Assembly (NCBI GenBank): GCA_964251335.1
Contig: CAXUKA010000001.1
Coordinates: forward strand, 20,034 to 84,033
Reading direction: 5' to 3'
Length of the DNA: 64,000 nt
Origin: an uncultured Hymenobacter sp.
Lineage (GTDB): Bacteria > Bacteroidota > Bacteroidia > Cytophagales > Hymenobacteraceae
Shown here piece by piece: positions 62,253 to 64,000 of the stretch; position 1 is the first letter of the stretch, and the number at the start of each line of letters is the position of its first letter. The notes below the pieces were generated by a model, which saw only the letters and a list, made by a program, of their open reading frames with translations, did not search any database and had not been told where the DNA came from. The translations under genes were made by a program, and so were the position numbers.

Positions 62253-62927
62253 CTAGCCCTGTAGTAAATAGCCCGCACCCACGACCGTGTGCAATAGCTT
62301 CTGCCCGAAGCCCTTGTCTATCTTTTTGCGCAGAAAGTTCACATACACGTCAATCACGTTGGTGTTGGTGTCGAAGTGCAGGTCCCAGACCTTCTCGGCA
62401 ATGTCGATGCGGCTGACCGTGCGGCCCTTGTTGACCAGCAGGTATTCGAGTAAGGAATACTCGCGCGTCGTGAGCTCGATGCGCTGGCCGGCGCGGGTCA
62501 CGGTGCGGGCATCGGTGTCCAGCTCCAGGTCGGCTACGCGCAGCACCGCGTGCTGGCCCCCGTAGGCGTCTGAGCGCCGGGCCAGCGCCCGGATGCGCAG
62601 CAGCAGTTCCCGAAACTCGAAGGGCTTGGTCAGGTAGTCGTCGGCCCCGGCCCCGAAGCCGGTTTCCTTGTCTTGCATCCCGTCCAGGGCCGTGAGCAGC
62701 AATACCGGTTGGCGCGGCGAGTGCTGCTTGATGTAGCGGCACAGCTCGAAGCCGTTCAGGCCCGGCAGGTTTACGTCTAGCACCACCACGTCGAAGGGCT
62801 GCTGGTCAAACAGGCGCTGGCCCATGATGCCGTCGTAGGCCACTTTCAGGTCATAGCCCTCGGCAGCTACCCCTTTCTGGATAAAAGAAGCCAAGCTGGT
62901 TTCGTCTTCGACGAGCAAAATAGTCAT
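62253..62927 (-). CDS. OmpR-family response regulator (system 2)
   Basis: MTILLVEDE...VVVLDVNLPGLNG receiver domain plus a winged helix (LTTREYSLLEYL...VVGAGYLL). Confidence 0.9.
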   Translation of the reverse strand: MTILLVEDETSLASFIQKGVAAEGYDLKVAYDGIMGQRLFDQQPFDVVVLDVNLPGLNGFELCRYIKQHSPRQPVLLLTALDGMQDKETGFGAGADDYLTKPFEFRELLLRIRALARRSDAYGGQHAVLRVADLELDTDARTVTRAGQRIELTTREYSLLEYLLVNKGRTVSRIDIAEKVWDLHFDTNTNVIDVYVNFLRKKIDKGFGQKLLHTVVGAGYLLQG

Positions 62928-63148
62928 GGTGCAAAAGTCGGCTGGCTCAATCAGAATCAGATGAAGGATAGTTACGAAGTGTTAACGTCAACTTCTAGTG
63001 GGTGGCTTATACAAAAGCGCATCTGATGTAGCCCAGTTAAAACGAATAACTCAATGATGTGGATTAGCTCCAAAAAGGTGCGCAATTCGGATACCCCCTC
63101 CCCTACCCGGGGTTCTCGTTACAACTGGATACTGTTGGCGAATTGGTT

Positions 63149-64000
63149 TTAAGCCATTGCTGGCGGAATCAACCGCTCAAAGGCAGCCTGACGCGTCTGG
63201 GCTAACGGTACCTCGTTTAACCAGTTAATGATACGCGACAGGTTCATCGCCGCGGCGATGAAGACGTGCTGTAAATGGGTTTTGGCCAGCCCCACGTAGC
63301 GCGAACGGCGCATGCCAAAGGCTCGGACCCCTTGTGAGATGGTGCCTTCAATCCCCGCTCGCTGATTATACAGTAAGGGCCAGTCGGCCTGACTGTCACG
63401 CACTCGGGCCGCCTGCAAGGCTTGATAGTGCGCATCGGCGCGCAGCTTAATAGCCCGGCGTTTCATGCGCGTACACTGCGCGCGCACGGGACAAGGCCCG
63501 CGGTGCTTACGGGAGAACTTGATGAACACGCGGGGTTAGCCTTTTTCCAGCGTGTGAATCCAAGACTGAGACGGATGTCCTTGGGGACAAGTGGCTTGCT
63601 GCGTATCCCAGTCCACCTGGAAATCCGCTGCCGCATACCCTTGCCCCGCCAAAGCTTGCCATTTCTGGTCTTTGCGGGCAGGCCCCACTAGTTCCACGTG
63701 ATGGCGTTGTTGACTCTGGACCAGCAACTCGGCGCTCACGTAAGCGGTATCAACCAGTTGCTGAGCTGGTAGTAACGACTGGTCAGCCAATGCTTGCTGA
63801 ATCTGCGGCAACGTAGTCGAATCCCCCTCGGTGCTGACGGTCGTGGCTACCTGCGTAATCAAATGCGGTTGGTCGGCTTCGCAGGTTTCACTCAAATGGA
63901 CTTTATAGCCCACCCACGTCGTGGTGCGTTTGCGACTAAAGCGCGCCTCCAAGTCGTAGGGAGAACTGATGAGTTGCGCGCAGGGAGGTAATTCGTCCTG
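63149..64000 (-). mobile_element. IS1182/IS5-like DDE transposase gene (5' part beyond the window), interrupted by an in-frame TAA
   Basis: ORFs 63536..63952 and 63149..63529 share one frame, separated by a stop at 63536..63538. The C-terminal YNQRAGIEGTISQGVRAFGMRRSRYVGLAKTHLQHVFIAAAMNLSRI is typical of this transposase group. Confidence 0.7.

Noticed and set aside
1-64000. Apparent recurrence of CCTAGG/CCCTAGGG strings in intergenic and coding DNA
   Set aside because: I noticed several by eye (for example near 7888, 10975, 15545, 23145 and 32560). I cannot compute expected frequencies without tools, so no claim is made.
1-64000. CRISPR arrays, tRNA, rRNA or tmRNA genes
   Set aside because: No regularly spaced direct repeats and no cloverleaf-like conserved tRNA sequence blocks were seen in the intergenic regions inspected. 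A tRNAscan or Infernal run would be needed to be definitive.

Overview
This is a visibly GC-rich chromosomal window. Gene content suggests a high-GC Bacteroidota such as a Hymenobacter-like Cytophagia: a DUF6428-type ars operon, a PepSY-like DUF2874 protein, TolC-RND-MFP operons and lipoprotein or signal-peptide styles. That assignment is inference only. I support about 70 protein-coding genes. I saw no rRNA, tRNA or CRISPR array.

Layout:
- 0-9 kb: a YVTN beta-propeller gene, a SorA-like molybdoenzyme gene and a minus-strand operon. The operon holds an orphan heme-copper oxidase subunit I, a TMEM175-type channel, an MBL hydrolase and DUF202, with an AraC regulator upstream. A 183-bp inverted duplicate of the 3' end of a lipoprotein gene brackets the block.
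- 9-16 kb: a sulfur-oxyanion set (two orphan solute-binding proteins, a DsrE-like protein, a TsdA-like diheme cytochrome c and a YeiH-type exporter). It also holds one full-length LysR, one HTH-less LysR paralog and shared LTTR-box palindromes.
- 16-19 kb: a CaCA antiporter, gpmA, a 48-bp perfect inverted repeat and a lipoprotein of unknown function.
- 19.2-27.1 kb: the feature I consider most notable. A crcB-motif fluoride riboswitch precedes ten co-directional genes: a CLC-F antiporter, PAP2, an unknown protein, enolase, MFS, a metallophosphoesterase, inorganic pyrophosphatase, CrcB and two DUF190 genes.
- 27.1-28.6 kb: an AT-richer islet with a frameshifted XRE antitoxin-like gene behind three operator-like repeats, plus a two-gene cassette of unknown function.
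- 28.7-36.9 kb: the first RND efflux operon with its two-component system and a PepSY-like gene.
- 37-41.8 kb: a tight six-gene operon of unknown function (two PAP2, two beta-propellers, two membrane proteins). Its promoter-proximal motif matches one upstream of the RND operon.
- 41.9-45.4 kb: an accessory islet with an AbiE-like pair behind a 31-bp perfect palindrome, about 680 bp free of ORFs, and an HTH-PIN module truncated by a decayed IS3 remnant.
- 45.4-49.1 kb: an ars operon (arsR, DUF6428, metallophosphoesterase, ynfA, arsN-like, acr3) with no arsC.
- 49.3-53.5 kb: a canonical ClC channel and small membrane proteins.
- 53.5-63 kb: the second RND operon, a patatin-like lipase and a second two-component system.
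- 63.1 kb to the window end: an IS1182-like transposase with an in-frame stop.

All family assignments come from reading motifs in the supplied translations. No database search was run.
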